64,000 bases of DNA from Candidatus Latescibacterota bacterium (GCA_965207885.1 OZ242311.1:3904001-3968000); one strand, 5' to 3'; shown: positions 1 through 11,190, numbered from the stretch's first letter. Numbers and translations: made by a program. Notes: generated by a model from the sequence alone, not told the origin.

Positions 1-104
1 GCCTCGTCGCGCAGTTCATATCTCCGTTGCATATCATACTCCTTGGTTTAGGGCGTATGCTGCAACTAAAATACATACTTTACGACTTTTCAGACACTAC
101 CTAG
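1..104 (-). mobile_element. Left end of a probable IS5-family element, with the transposase N-terminus (ATG at 32) running off the window
   Basis: Minus strand reads AAGGAG RBS, then MQRRYELRDE, like the RRYELTDEQW start of IS5/IS427 transposases. The candidate end GGTAGTGTCTGAAAAGTC abuts CTAG at 101-104. Confidence 0.55.
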
Positions 105-170
105 GCGCATTGCGTCTGAGGGAAGACACAATTTCGAACTAATACAGGTTCGGGGTATTGTTGGGGTCTT

Positions 171-572
171 ATATGACAAGCTATGACAAGTATTACAGAA
201 TCGTGAGAGAATGGGCTGATACATGGGGCGTAATGGGGCACTATTGAGGTCTCATTGGGGTCTCATTGGGGTCTTATTGGGGGTCTTATTGGGGGTCTTA
301 TTTCGTCTTAACCCTCCCAAATAGAGAAAGAAAATCCGTGTAGGAATGGCGCGTTGGAAACGCCTGTGAGGACTGCGGTTGGCTTATTCTGGCTTATTCT
401 GGCTTATTCTGGCTTATTCGACGGCTTCTGGCAAACGATATGTGTTTAATGATGGATAAAACCTGGCTCTGAAGCTATGACAAGGAATCGTGAGAGAATG
501 GGCTGACACATGTTCGGGGGCGTAATGGGGCGCAATAGGAGCGCAATAGGAGCGCAATAGGGGGCGCAATTG
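171..572. repeat. Mosaic of 10-12-mer tandem repeats plus a ~60 bp direct repeat
   Basis: TATGACAAG x2, GGGGTCT(C/T)ATT x5, GGCTTATTCT x4, GCGCAATAGGA x4. AGCTATGACAAG..GAATCGTGAGAGAATGGGCTGA..GGGGCGTAATGGGGC occurs at ~179 and ~474. Confidence 0.9.
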
Positions 573-608
573 ACCTAAAAGATACGCTCAAACTCTGGAA
601 ACCACAAC

Positions 609-3554
609 ATGACCGACCTAAAAATCACAGAGGCTGGCACTGTCCAATTCCCCATGGTTCGCCATGCAGCCGAGATTGGTTGGACCGCGATCTCGCCCAG
701 TGTTGCCAGACAGAGGCGCGGCGATGAAGCGGAGATGCTATTTCGCGACGAACTCGAAACAAAGCTCGCCGAGTTCAATCCGTGGATGTCTGCCGACACC
801 ATACGTCAGATCATTGAGCGGATAGAGGCGATCTCACCGACGATTGAGGGCAATCGTGAGATGCTCAATTGGCTACGCGGAGAGCGGCAATGGTATGATG
901 AATCCGAGAACCGACAGCGGCAGGTCCAGTTCATCGATTTTGAGCATCCAGCCAACAATATTTTTCACGTCACTTGGGAATGGAAGCTCAAGCCTCCGTC
1001 CCGAAAGGGCAACCGGGCAGACGTAATGTTTGTCATCAACGGCATACCAGTCGCCATTGTCGAGCACAAAAACCCGAAGACCGCCAATGCCATTGAACGG
1101 GGTATCACCCAATTGCGACGCTACGAAATGGAGACACCCGAGTTGATGGGAATGGCGCAACTCTTCAACGTCACGCATCTCCTCGAATACTGGTACGGTG
1201 TCACCTGGAACACCTCGCGTCGCTTCATGGCACGCTGGAAGGAACGCCCGGATGAGACCTATCGATTCGCTGTGCAGTCCTTCTTTGAGCCAACAGATTT
1301 TCTACGCACACTGCGAGACTGGATACTTTTCTATGTCGAAGATGGCGAGACGCGGAAATCTGTACTGCGCCAGCATCAACGCCGCGCAATCGACCGCATT
1401 CTCGAACGCTGTGCCGAACCATCCATGCGTCGCGGGCTGATATGGCACACCCAGGGATCCGGCAAAACCTTTACACTACTCACCGCCGCACGCCTGATTC
1501 TGGAACACAAGGAACGGTTCCACACGCCAACCGTGGTGGTAGTCGTAGATCGCAGAGAACTCGAAGGACAGCTCAAGGAATGGGTTGAACGCCTGCTCGG
1601 TGAAATGCAACAACAAGACATCGCGGTATGGCGTGCAAACTCTAAGGAAGACCTCCGGGATATGCTCAAAACCGACAAACGCGGGCTGATCCTGTCTATG
1701 ATCCACAAGTTCGAGGGCATTGAGCGGAATGCCAACACCCGCGACAACATCTATGTTTTCATAGACGAGGCGCATCGCTCAGTCGCCAAAGACCTCGGCA
1801 CGTATCTTATGGCGGCGGTACCAAATGCTACCATCATCGGTTTTACCGGCACACCGATAGCCAGGACAGAGCATGGGGCAGGCACCTTCATGATCTTCGG
1901 TGCCGATGACGAGCAAGGCTATCTCGATAAGTATTCGATCAGTGAGTCTATTGAAGACGAAACAACGCTACCGATCCGCCATACTATGGCACCGAGCGAA
2001 ATGACTGTGCCAACTGAGCAACTCGATAAAGAATTCTTTGAACTTGCTCAAGCCGAAGGCGTTACAGATGTCGATGAACTCAATAAGGTCCTCGATCAGG
2101 CCGTGGGCTTACGTACCTTCCTGACCGCCGATGACCGCATTGAGAAGATCTCCAAATACGTAGCCGAGCACTTTGTGGAAAACGTAGTTCCACTCGGCTA
2201 CAAGGCATTTCTCGTAGGCGTGAACCGCGAAGCCTGCGCCAAATACAAACGCGCACTCGACAAACTCTTGCCATCCGACTGGACAGCACCTGTCTATACA
2301 GAGAATACTTCCGACATCATCGACCGACCGCTCGTTGCAGAACTTCAACTCACTGAGGATCAGGAGGCGGACACGCGCCGCCTGTTCAAAAAGGCGGATG
2401 AGAACCCAAAGATCCTCATCGTGACCGATAAATTATTGACGGGTTACGACGCGCCCCTACTCTATTGCATGTATCTCGACAAGCCAATGCGCGATCATGT
2501 CCTCTTACAAGCTATCGCACGCGTGAACCGCCCGCATGTAGATGCGAATGGCACCCGCAAACCCATCGGCCTCATTGTCGATTTCGTCGGCGTACTCCGT
2601 GAACTGAGAAAAGCATTGCGATTCGACTCGTCTGATGTAAGCGGTGTGATTGAGGACCTCGACCTGCTGTTGGATGCCTTTCTAAACAAGATTGAAAAGG
2701 CGAAAACGGACTACCTCACTGTCCGGGAAAATGGCAGCGCAGACGAGCATCTCGAATGGGTTGTCTATGGACGTTTCTTAGATTTAGAGGTACGCAAAGC
2801 ATTCTGCGAAGCGTACAAAGATATTGAGGCACTCTGGGAGATTTTGTCACCTTCGCCAGACCTGCGCGACCACATCGACACCTATAAGCAACTCGCCAAT
2901 CTTTATTCAGCCGTACGCAATGCCTATACTACCAGCACTACCCCCGTAATAGACTTAGCCAACAAGACGCGCTCCCTGGTCCAGGACAGCGCTACCCAGG
3001 AAGGTCTCGGCTACCTGACAAAAACAGCGACATTCGACGTAAACACGCTCAAAACACTCCAAAACGAGTCTGGCTCACACGAAGCCAAAGTGTTCAACCT
3101 CGTGCGCGGCTTGCGGAAGGAAGTCGAACAGGAATCGGAAATGGCGTCTGTGCTGCTGCCTTTGAAAGAACGCGCTGAACGCATTTTGGAGGATTTGGAG
3201 AATCGCAAAATAACCGCACTCGCGGCGATGGATCAGTTAGATGCCCTTGCAAAAGAAAAAGAGGAAGCTATCGAGGCCGCGCAGAACAGCGGACTTTCGC
3301 CGCGTGCATTTGGCATCCATTTGGCACTAAAAAACGATCCGAATATAGAGACTGTCGGCATATCGACATTGAACGTGGCACAGGAAGTGGAAACGCTTCT
3401 CAATCGCTTTCCCAACGCGGCTGTCAACGCCGACGAACAACGGCGACTACGTGCGGCTCTCTATCTCCCGCTTCTAAAACTGGACAAAGACGAGCGCAGC
3501 CGCGCTGTAGATCGCGTCCTTTCAATTCTTCTGGACACAGACACCGATGTGTAA
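609..3554 (+). CDS. hsdR: Type I restriction enzyme R subunit
   Basis: N-terminal nuclease motif (D..VEHK), Walker [14 protein letters not shown] box, [20 protein letters not shown]. Confidence 0.95.
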   Translation: MTDLKITEAGTVQFPMVRHAAEIGWTAISPSVARQRRGDEAEMLFRDELETKLAEFNPWMSADTIRQIIERIEAISPTIEGNREMLNWLRGERQWYDESENRQRQVQFIDFEHPANNIFHVTWEWKLKPPSRKGNRADVMFVINGIPVAIVEHKNPKTANAIERGITQLRRYEMETPELMGMAQLFNVTHLLEYWYGVTWNTSRRFMARWKERPDETYRFAVQSFFEPTDFLRTLRDWILFYVEDGETRKSVLRQHQRRAIDRILERCAEPSMRRGLIWHTQGSGKTFTLLTAARLILEHKERFHTPTVVVVVDRRELEGQLKEWVERLLGEMQQQDIAVWRANSKEDLRDMLKTDKRGLILSMIHKFEGIERNANTRDNIYVFIDEAHRSVAKDLGTYLMAAVPNATIIGFTGTPIARTEHGAGTFMIFGADDEQGYLDKYSISESIEDETTLPIRHTMAPSEMTVPTEQLDKEFFELAQAEGVTDVDELNKVLDQAVGLRTFLTADDRIEKISKYVAEHFVENVVPLGYKAFLVGVNREACAKYKRALDKLLPSDWTAPVYTENTSDIIDRPLVAELQLTEDQEADTRRLFKKADENPKILIVTDKLLTGYDAPLLYCMYLDKPMRDHVLLQAIARVNRPHVDANGTRKPIGLIVDFVGVLRELRKALRFDSSDVSGVIEDLDLLLDAFLNKIEKAKTDYLTVRENGSADEHLEWVVYGRFLDLEVRKAFCEAYKDIEALWEILSPSPDLRDHIDTYKQLANLYSAVRNAYTTSTTPVIDLANKTRSLVQDSATQEGLGYLTKTATFDVNTLKTLQNESGSHEAKVFNLVRGLRKEVEQESEMASVLLPLKERAERILEDLENRKITALAAMDQLDALAKEKEEAIEAAQNSGLSPRAFGIHLALKNDPNIETVGISTLNVAQEVETLLNRFPNAAVNADEQRRLRAALYLPLLKLDKDERSRAVDRVLSILLDTDTDV

Positions 3555-3840
3555 TGAACGGCGCAAGGTCATCCGCGACCGCGTCGAATACTGGGCGCAG
3601 CGATTGAACGTCCATCCCCGGCATGTTCGCGTTCAACACATGACTCGGAAGTGGGGTTCCTGCTCAACATCCGGAATCATCACACTCGCCATTGATCTGG
3701 CTGATCGGGAAGTAGGATTTCAGGACTTCGTCATCGCGCACGAGTTGTTGCACCTCCGCGTTCCCAACCATGGAAAATTATTTAAGGCGTTAATGACCGT
3801 TCATGTGCCTGAGTGGAAGAAATACAACATTACCAAATAG
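3547..3840 (+). CDS. YgjP/DUF45-like M48 metallopeptidase domain protein
   Basis: KWGSCS and HELLH..NHGK.F motifs; overlaps the hsdR stop, a common pairing. Confidence 0.85.
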   Translation: MCNERRKVIRDRVEYWAQRLNVHPRHVRVQHMTRKWGSCSTSGIITLAIDLADREVGFQDFVIAHELLHLRVPNHGKLFKALMTVHVPEWKKYNITK

Positions 3841-4124
3841 CGCACTGCTCGTGGTTCAATTTTCCAATCTCATCGCTCGTTGCTGTGTAAAAAAAGCAAC
3901 CGATTAGTGTGCTCTTTGGTGCCATCAATTGGCTACTCAAAGAATGGCCCAATCATATCTTGCTGATCCCAACATCTCGTGCTCTCGCTATGCTGACGGT
4001 ATCATCGCGCAGAGAGAGTATTTGGAGTTGCGAAGGTATTACAGGATTTCAAATGGTCCCTATATCTCCTATATTCGCATACATCAAGAGATAATTATCA
4101 AATCCCGAGAGATGACAAACAACC

Positions 4125-5309
4125 ATGTCCAATATTCTGAAAAAACTCCGGCTTGACTTTAATCCCTTCGAGCCAGCGGCAACAGGTGCGCCCCTACAGG
4201 CCAAATTTCCGCCCCCAAAAGAATTGGAATATCGAGTGAAAGAACTCCTCGACTTACATCAATCAGGAGCCGGCGGTGTAAAGGCCATCGTCATCGTTGG
4301 CGAGTATGGAACCGGAAAGACCTGCTTCCTGCAATGGCTCCATAGCGAGGTCTTTCCAAGCCGTCACATCAAATCGTTCTACTTCAATAACTCTGGAGTG
4401 CAATTTTACGACCTCGCCAATAGGTTGTTGCGTACTATCGGTCGCAAGAACTTCGCCAAATTTATCTGGGAGTTTGCTGGTGCGTATGTGACCGTTCCAT
4501 ATCGGGGAAGACTTTTTCAAAAGGGCTATGAGGAATATTTGGCGACCTGGACGAAACCAGGCCGCCAACAAGACTTGACGATCCCCCTCCAAGAGGCCAT
4601 CAAAAGTGCAAATGTGACCACTAACGAACAGATCGCTCACTGTCTTGCCCGGATTGTTACCGAGATTGTGAAGAAACCATATTTCGAATATCGGGACTTC
4701 ATACCGAGGCAGAGCGGCAGCATGGTTTCGGAAGGAGAGGAGGCACCTTACTTCCGCGCAATATTGAAAACGATCTTACAAGGAACGAGTGCCAAAGCCA
4801 TTGCATTCCTCATTGACGAGTTCGAGGAAATAGGTCTTCAAAAAAGGCTCACCAGACGTGCTGCACATGATTACTTGGCAACGCTGAAACGTTTGATAAA
4901 CCTCGCTCAAAGCGAACAGGTTGACTTCTGGATTGTCTTTTCAATGACACCTGGTGCTTATGAGATCACTAAGGAGCTTGAACCTTCGCTGATTGAACGC
5001 ATTTCTGGGCAAATATTAAATATCGATCTCTTAACGAACTCAGAAGCACTGGCCTTAATGAGATCACGGATAGAAGCTGCTCGGTCAAGCGAGACGGACG
5101 AATCAATAGGAGATATTTTTCCGTTTCCTGATGATATTGGCTTCCGATCCAACACTTACTCGAATCCCAGACGGCTGATAAAGACATGTTTTCGAGTGAT
5201 TGCACAGGCGGATGCAGATGTTCAGCTACCATTTACTGAAGACTATCTTCATAAAATTGAAGACGAACTTTATCCCCGATTGACTAATAGCGCGAATGGG
5301 CAACCATGA
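4125..5309 (+). CDS. P-loop ATPase (AAA+/BREX BrxD-like), probably defence-associated
   Basis: FNPF N-terminus, Walker A GEYGTGKT, Walker B FLIDEFE, NPR motif. Confidence 0.7.
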   Translation: MSNILKKLRLDFNPFEPAATGAPLQAKFPPPKELEYRVKELLDLHQSGAGGVKAIVIVGEYGTGKTCFLQWLHSEVFPSRHIKSFYFNNSGVQFYDLANRLLRTIGRKNFAKFIWEFAGAYVTVPYRGRLFQKGYEEYLATWTKPGRQQDLTIPLQEAIKSANVTTNEQIAHCLARIVTEIVKKPYFEYRDFIPRQSGSMVSEGEEAPYFRAILKTILQGTSAKAIAFLIDEFEEIGLQKRLTRRAAHDYLATLKRLINLAQSEQVDFWIVFSMTPGAYEITKELEPSLIERISGQILNIDLLTNSEALALMRSRIEAARSSETDESIGDIFPFPDDIGFRSNTYSNPRRLIKTCFRVIAQADADVQLPFTEDYLHKIEDELYPRLTNSANGQP

Positions 5310-5335
5310 AAGAGAAACAAAACTTCAGGAAAGTA

Positions 5336-5415
5336 GTGTTCAATGATGGATAGCTTGACTCATGAGCTATGACAAGCTGTGACAAGGAGCTGTGACAACC
5401 CATCATAGAATCGCG
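5336..5415. repeat. Further relative of the GCTATGACAAG repeat element
   Basis: GTGTTCAATGATGGATA..GCTATGACAAG GCTGTGACAAG..GAATCG resembles 442-490 (GTGTTTAATGATGGATA..GCTATGACAAGGAATCG). Confidence 0.75.
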
Positions 5416-5492
5416 AAAAAAAGTGACCCCCCCGACTACTCCGTAATGGAGAGTGCTCGCCTGGAGCACTTGTCATCGGGGGGGAACCTTTT
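5416..5492. terminator. Long GC hairpin, probable (bidirectional) terminator
   Basis: CCCCCCCGA...TCGGGGGGG flanked by A7 and TTTT, between convergent genes. Confidence 0.55.
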
Positions 5493-5524
5493 GTCCATCG
5501 GATGAACCATGACGAAACAAATAT

Positions 5525-6271
5525 CTAAACCGCCATTGCCTCTTCTTTCAGATGCGTCAACCCTTCAAACTCGCGCCAGATATCGGCCATAGCATCCGTG
5601 CTATTTTCTCTCGAGTTGACGTGTCGAGGTCTAAAAATCACGGCATAACGGATATCGGGCGAATGATTTGGTCCTCCATTGTGATACATCTGGTGATGGC
5701 AGATCACGGCATCGCCCGCTTCGCCCATAAACTGAATCGGCCCATGCGGCAAATCGATATCGGGAATCCGGCGATTGGCCTTTGCCGTCTCCACATAATT
5801 GGGATCTTTTTGAAACGCCGCCTCATAAGCGCGATGAGACCCCGGCCAAAAACAGAAATTGCCCATAAATGGTCGCGGAACATCGTGAACCAGAATCACC
5901 ACCAGCAGCGTCATACCGCGACTCAGCAACCCATCCTTCAACTTCCCACCCAAATCCAGATGCCCTCGCGTCAGCGGGCGCTCCTCTGCATCGGGAAAAT
6001 TGAGCTTCACATTGCCTCCCTGCGGCTGGATCAACTTCCCCTCTCCCACAACCGACTCGCACAGACCCCAAAGCGGCGATTTATTAAACAAATCTGTAAT
6101 CACCGGCTCATTGCTCAACCCCGGATTTCGTCCCTGTTGCATCACGCGATAACGCATATGCCGATTAATAGCCTTGCGCGCTTGATCGGCCATCAACTTT
6201 GGCACAGCACCTCGCACAAGCACATATCCTTCTTCAAAAAACTGCTGCTTTTGAGCTTTGGTCATCTGCAT
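5525..6271 (-). CDS. Phytanoyl-CoA dioxygenase (PhyH)-family Fe/2OG oxygenase
   Basis: FFEEGYV, GHLD, PGSH, distal H..N.S..IR. Confidence 0.85.
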   Translation of the reverse strand: MQMTKAQKQQFFEEGYVLVRGAVPKLMADQARKAINRHMRYRVMQQGRNPGLSNEPVITDLFNKSPLWGLCESVVGEGKLIQPQGGNVKLNFPDAEERPLTRGHLDLGGKLKDGLLSRGMTLLVVILVHDVPRPFMGNFCFWPGSHRAYEAAFQKDPNYVETAKANRRIPDIDLPHGPIQFMGEAGDAVICHHQMYHNGGPNHSPDIRYAVIFRPRHVNSRENSTDAMADIWREFEGLTHLKEEAMAV

Positions 6272-6280
6272 GGCAACCTC

Positions 6281-7249
6281 CTATTCATAATCCAGCACAA
6301 CCTTAATCGCCTCATCGCGATGATCGATAAACAATTCAAAACCCTTTTGCACCTCTGTAAACGGCAAATGGTGTGTAATAATCGGCGAAACATCGATGCG
6401 TCCCTGTGCGATCATATCCATAGCCAGGGGATAATCATTCAGCGAATCTGGCCCCACAGAACCGATCAGCGTCACATTCTTACTGAAAAAAGCGCGATAA
6501 TTAAACGCATACACATCGTCATCGGGCACACCAAACGCCAGCACCGTACCCAGACGCTTGGTCAAATTCAGACACAAATTGACCGTATCCTGATTGTGCC
6601 CCACAATTTCCACCGTCAGGTCGGCCATGCGCCCATCCGTAATATTTCTCACAACAGCCACCACATCTTCCCTATCGGGATTTACCACATGGGTTGCCCG
6701 CATCTTTTTTGCCGCCTCGAGACGAAAATCGACCGTATCCACAGCAACAACGGTCTTCGCCCCCAAATTGCTCAACAAATGCGTCATCAACAAACCCATT
6801 GGACCCTGCCCCACCACCACAGCATCCTGATTGAGAATATTACCCAACTTGCGACACGCCCAAATCACCGTTCCCAGAGGCTGTGACATCAACAATTCAT
6901 CGAGCGGTTTATAATCTGCGAGATGCACCCCCACTCTTTCGCTCGAAATATAATACTCAGCCAACCCACCAATACCCGCCGTGGGCCGCGCCTGCACAAA
7001 ATCCCCGGGTTGAAACCGATTCGACGACGACGCAACCACCGTCCCAATACACTCGTGAATTGAAGTCCCAATATTCATCGGATACACTGCGTCCGGCTGT
7101 TTCAATACAAACTTTGGCGAATCCGACCCGCAAATCGCGGTCATATGCGCTTTAACCTTTATCGATCCCTTTGGAAAATCCTCAATATTCGGCTCATCGG
7201 CCTCAAACATCTCAATCTGCCGATGAGCGACAACGTGTGCTGCTTTCAC
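6281..7249 (-). CDS. Zn-dependent alcohol/polyol dehydrogenase (MDR family)
   Basis: ICGSD, IHEC.G, GQGPMG; GTG start after a GGAGG RBS. Confidence 0.9.
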   Translation of the reverse strand: MKAAHVVAHRQIEMFEADEPNIEDFPKGSIKVKAHMTAICGSDSPKFVLKQPDAVYPMNIGTSIHECIGTVVASSSNRFQPGDFVQARPTAGIGGLAEYYISSERVGVHLADYKPLDELLMSQPLGTVIWACRKLGNILNQDAVVVGQGPMGLLMTHLLSNLGAKTVVAVDTVDFRLEAAKKMRATHVVNPDREDVVAVVRNITDGRMADLTVEIVGHNQDTVNLCLNLTKRLGTVLAFGVPDDDVYAFNYRAFFSKNVTLIGSVGPDSLNDYPLAMDMIAQGRIDVSPIITHHLPFTEVQKGFELFIDHRDEAIKVVLDYE

Positions 7250-7264
7250 CAATGCCTCCTTCCA

Positions 7265-7386
7265 AAAGAAGTAAGAAGTGAGAAGTAAGAAGTGAGAAGA
7301 CCCCGCCCAACCGCCCAAAGGCTGGTGCTCCATCACACACTTCCTCCTTCACACTTCCTCCTTCACACTTTCTCCTTCACACTTCC
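7265..7386. repeat. Heptamer-repeat imperfect inverted element
   Basis: (AGAAGTA/G)n, ~35 nt spacer, (CACACTT/CCTCCTT)n; related copy at 62792-62895. Confidence 0.85.
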
Positions 7387-9147
7387 CTAATCCGCCGCCT
7401 CAATCCGCGGAGCCTCCAACTCACTGCGCTTTCCCAACCATATAAACACACCGCCAACGCCCAGCACAAAACCGCCCACAAACAAAATCCCCAGACGTCC
7501 GATCAGTGGATTGGGCAACAAGACGAGCGTACAAATCACCCCACCAATAACCGCAGCAAAACTACCGATAATTTTGAGCTGGCGCAAATCATTTGGTATG
7601 CCGATCTCTTTCTCAAAATCAACCGGTGTCAGCATGCGATCAAAAAAGTCCTGCGCCTGCCTCCTATAAACTTCCGGCGTGCGATTCCAGAACGGCATCG
7701 TCAACAAATAAACCACTATCCCCACGGTGAGATTGACAAACACCTTCTGCTGAAATGACCAGGTCTCGCCAAAGAGTTCCGCGCTGAAAAACCCGAATGC
7801 CGATGGAATCAACGTCACACACACCGTCACAATAGCCGCCCAACTCGGCGACGTGCGAATAAACAGCCCCATCAACGCAGGCACAGCCATCGGCAACGCC
7901 AACAACGCGCCGATATTCAACATATGTTCAAACACCCCTCTGCCCTCTGTATTTGCAAAATACGTGGCAATACTCACAATGCACACCCCAAACACCGCTG
8001 AAAACACCTGTCCCAACCGCATCAGGCTCTTGCCCTTAACAGACGCTCTCCCAAACAACCGGCACAGCGTCGGATAAATATCATTCGTAAAAATCGCCGC
8101 ATTGCGGTTCAACCCCGAATCCATCGAACTCATCGTCGCCGCAAACATCGCCACCACCATCAGCCCCGTCATACCCAGCGGCAACACATTCAAACTCGCA
8201 ATAGCATACGCCGCTTCCGCAGCTTTGGGAATATCGACCGCCATCACCTCCGCGTGAAACAAAAGCCGCGCAGTCATCGGCGGAATAAACCAGATAAAAG
8301 CACCCGCCGTCATCAGCACAAAGCCCAGCCACGCAGCTTTCTGCGCCTCGCGTCCATCCTTCACCAGAAAATACCGCTGTGCCGACGTAAGCGTATTGTA
8401 TCCAATCACATTCTTCAGCAACATCGCTATAGCCCACGCATACGTATAAGCCCGCAGCGGAAACTGGTCAGGTGCGTTAAACACACCATAAGCCGACGAC
8501 AGCCCCATATTCTGAATGCCCTGAAACAAAGCACCCACGCCGCCGAGCTTTACCAGACACAACACCCCCACCAGAATAGTAATGGGAATGAGGATAAGCG
8601 TCTGCAGAAAATCCGTAGCCGTCACCGCCCAGCTACCCCCAATCAACGAATAGATCAAAACCACCGCGCCCACCACCACGATCACCTGCTCAATTTTATA
8701 TCCAAACACCGCCGAACAGAAAATCGCCAACCCCAGAAGATGCAGCGACGAATACAGGGTTTGCATCACAAACGACATCCACGCGTAAAATTGTTGTGTC
8801 GAAATACCAAAGCGCAGGCGGATAACCTCGGGACCCGTAATCGCCCTGATCTGTCGAAACCATTTGGCGAGAAACAAACCGTTAATCGCAAAACCCACTG
8901 AATTTGCCAGATAAATCACCAGCACACTCCAGCCCGCTTCATAAGCCGCACCCGCTGCACCCGAAAAAGTCCACGCACTAAACGCCGTCATAAACGCACT
9001 CGACCCCACCAGCCACCAGGTGCCCTTACAACCGTTTCGAAAATAGTCACTCACATTTTCATTAAAACGGCGAAACACCATCCCCACCCCAACCAGCACG
9101 GCCAAATAACATCCAATCACAACGTATTCAACCGATGTTTCACTCAT
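7387..9147 (-). CDS. Sodium:solute symporter family transporter
   Basis: SAFMTAFSAWTF, TDFLQ, AATMSSMDS; many TM helices. Confidence 0.9.
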   Translation of the reverse strand: MSETSVEYVVIGCYLAVLVGVGMVFRRFNENVSDYFRNGCKGTWWLVGSSAFMTAFSAWTFSGAAGAAYEAGWSVLVIYLANSVGFAINGLFLAKWFRQIRAITGPEVIRLRFGISTQQFYAWMSFVMQTLYSSLHLLGLAIFCSAVFGYKIEQVIVVVGAVVLIYSLIGGSWAVTATDFLQTLILIPITILVGVLCLVKLGGVGALFQGIQNMGLSSAYGVFNAPDQFPLRAYTYAWAIAMLLKNVIGYNTLTSAQRYFLVKDGREAQKAAWLGFVLMTAGAFIWFIPPMTARLLFHAEVMAVDIPKAAEAAYAIASLNVLPLGMTGLMVVAMFAATMSSMDSGLNRNAAIFTNDIYPTLCRLFGRASVKGKSLMRLGQVFSAVFGVCIVSIATYFANTEGRGVFEHMLNIGALLALPMAVPALMGLFIRTSPSWAAIVTVCVTLIPSAFGFFSAELFGETWSFQQKVFVNLTVGIVVYLLTMPFWNRTPEVYRRQAQDFFDRMLTPVDFEKEIGIPNDLRQLKIIGSFAAVIGGVICTLVLLPNPLIGRLGILFVGGFVLGVGGVFIWLGKRSELEAPRIEAAD

Positions 9148-9168
9148 AGAGAAATTCCCCGGTTACCA

Positions 9169-11145
9169 TCACCAGTGATGCACAAGATGCCCTTGCCCAA
9201 AGAAAAACAACACATCCACAATAAAAATCAGCCCAATACCCAGAACATAACCGAGCATCAGCCCCATAAACAAAGGCAGAGATTGGCGATAAAGACCAAT
9301 ACCGCCAATTTTTAACAAAACGGACTTAACCGTCCACGCCACAAAAACCGTAAACACCTGCCGCTGCAAAATACCCGTTGTAAACACCGTCAATCCAATG
9401 GGACTCAACGGCCACCGCAAAAACCGGTAGCGCAAAAAACTACACAAAACGGTGAGACCCGCGCCAATACCAAAAAACATCAGCCTATCCAGACTGATGC
9501 CAAAGGGATTTTGCAATTTCATCACCACATTGCTAAAAATCACCACATTCCCGGAATTAAACGTATAAACATTAAAATTGTATGCGCCATACATATACCC
9601 CAGATACAGCGTGAACACCGCCGAAATAACCATCGACACCACCAGAGCGCACATCGTTGTCCAGAATAGCGACCGGGTCTTGAGCTTGAGCCTCGCCCCC
9701 ATCTGTGCGATATGTGCCAGCGTAGAAGCACCAAAAGTATTGCCCAGACCAAACGTCGAATAAGACAGCGCCAGAGATGCGGCGCTATTGGTATCCATCT
9801 GCCGAATACCAATCGTATAAAACGTGAAACTCTGCGGCGTAATGGGCATCCGCGCATAAGCCAAACCCGACTCGGCCACAAACCGCGTCACACCCACCGT
9901 CATCAAAATCAGCGCAAAAAGAAAAACGCCAGCCACAAGCGCGGACATACCCGAATGCCACAACCAGAAAAACAAAAACGCCGCTCCCACAATAATACCC
10001 CACACCGCCGCCCGATAAGACAACAGTTCATTCGAATCGTCCACAGCATCATCGCCGCGCATTGCCTTGCGCCACACATCCCGCAAATGAGCGCGCGCCA
10101 TCCACATACTCAACGCCGTAAATGCAAAAAAAGCCCCCATCGCCTGCCATCCCATCGCAGCGCCGCCGCGGGAGCCCCAGATATCGGACGCGCCAATAGA
10201 ATATCCCAAACGGTCAAAAACACCGGTTTGCACAATACCCAGCGCGTAGAAAAACCACAAACTGAACAACACATCGAGATTGGTAAAAAACGCGAATCCC
10301 AGAACAAAAAAATTGAACTTGATCGGAATAGCGGGAAACCCGCGCCCAATTGGCAGCGCCCATCTATCCATCAACGGAATAGGTGGAAATGTGTGCCAGA
10401 AATAACCCACGATATTCCACACCACCACAACCACGGGAATAGTCACACCAGCCCAAAACAAACGAGAATACAGAAGCCTGTATTTTCCTGCCTCAACCTC
10501 TTCCAACATCGTCAGCGGTGCTTCAGCCAGGGGAAAAGGCAGACGTTCTCGATCCACCCACTGCCGCCGCAACACAGCCATCAGCGCCACGCTCACCAGC
10601 GCCAGTGCAATGAGAAAAACACCCCACCACACAAGCGGCGTCATCCACGCATCCCAGGGAATATCAACCCCGGGAGGCTTGCCCTCAAAAAAATACGTCA
10701 TCTGATTGGCGTGATTGGGCGGCGCAGCCCATTTGGGCAACCCATCCAGCAAATAATCGCCCCACTGATTCTCGGGCGAGGCGTAATAATAAGGCGCGGC
10801 AATCCCCCCAATAAACAAACCCATAAAATTCGCCGCTGGCACAGCCCCTGCAATCCACCCCATCGAAAAAACCACCACCATCTCGCCCCGCGACAGTGCC
10901 CACTGCGGCTTTACCTGCGCCACCAGAACATTCAACGGCCACGCCAGCACCGTGAAAACCACCATAGTCGCCATCGGCAAATGGGCAAAAACCATGCGCG
11001 ACGAATGCACGATATAGGCCGAATAAGCGGGCAACAGATTCACCAGGAACGTCACCGCAATCCCCACGCAAAAGGCGCGTGTGGTCACGCTCAAATGTTT
11101 GCTCTCCGGGTGCAAATCCCGATCCATCGCTTTCAATTCGGCCAT
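9169..11145 (-). CDS. DUF6785/OPT-like polytopic membrane protein, putative transporter
   Basis: RRQWVDRERLPFPL, RFVAESG, WPLSPIG; many TM helices. Confidence 0.7.
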   Translation of the reverse strand: MAELKAMDRDLHPESKHLSVTTRAFCVGIAVTFLVNLLPAYSAYIVHSSRMVFAHLPMATMVVFTVLAWPLNVLVAQVKPQWALSRGEMVVVFSMGWIAGAVPAANFMGLFIGGIAAPYYYASPENQWGDYLLDGLPKWAAPPNHANQMTYFFEGKPPGVDIPWDAWMTPLVWWGVFLIALALVSVALMAVLRRQWVDRERLPFPLAEAPLTMLEEVEAGKYRLLYSRLFWAGVTIPVVVVVWNIVGYFWHTFPPIPLMDRWALPIGRGFPAIPIKFNFFVLGFAFFTNLDVLFSLWFFYALGIVQTGVFDRLGYSIGASDIWGSRGGAAMGWQAMGAFFAFTALSMWMARAHLRDVWRKAMRGDDAVDDSNELLSYRAAVWGIIVGAAFLFFWLWHSGMSALVAGVFLFALILMTVGVTRFVAESGLAYARMPITPQSFTFYTIGIRQMDTNSAASLALSYSTFGLGNTFGASTLAHIAQMGARLKLKTRSLFWTTMCALVVSMVISAVFTLYLGYMYGAYNFNVYTFNSGNVVIFSNVVMKLQNPFGISLDRLMFFGIGAGLTVLCSFLRYRFLRWPLSPIGLTVFTTGILQRQVFTVFVAWTVKSVLLKIGGIGLYRQSLPLFMGLMLGYVLGIGLIFIVDVLFFFGQGHLVHHW

Positions 11146-11190
11146 CGCAATCTCTCAAAAATGTAGGGGATTTCCCGCGCAATGTACCTC

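Noticed and set aside
340-365. REP-like GTAG plus hairpin (GTAGGAATGGCGCGTTGGAAACGCC)
   Set aside because: Single copy seen in the window and no RAYT transposase nearby.
171-572. Possible CRISPR array
   Set aside because: The repeats are 10-12 nt, directly tandem, lack unique spacers, and no cas genes are present.
3909-4156. Short ORFs between the M48 gene and the ATPase
   Set aside because: No RBS or motif; at most a gene remnant.
5552-6886. Long + strand ORF (444 aa); similarly 9712-11166, 24977-26302 and 28673-30613
   Set aside because: Antisense shadows of well-supported minus-strand genes, with no recognisable motifs.
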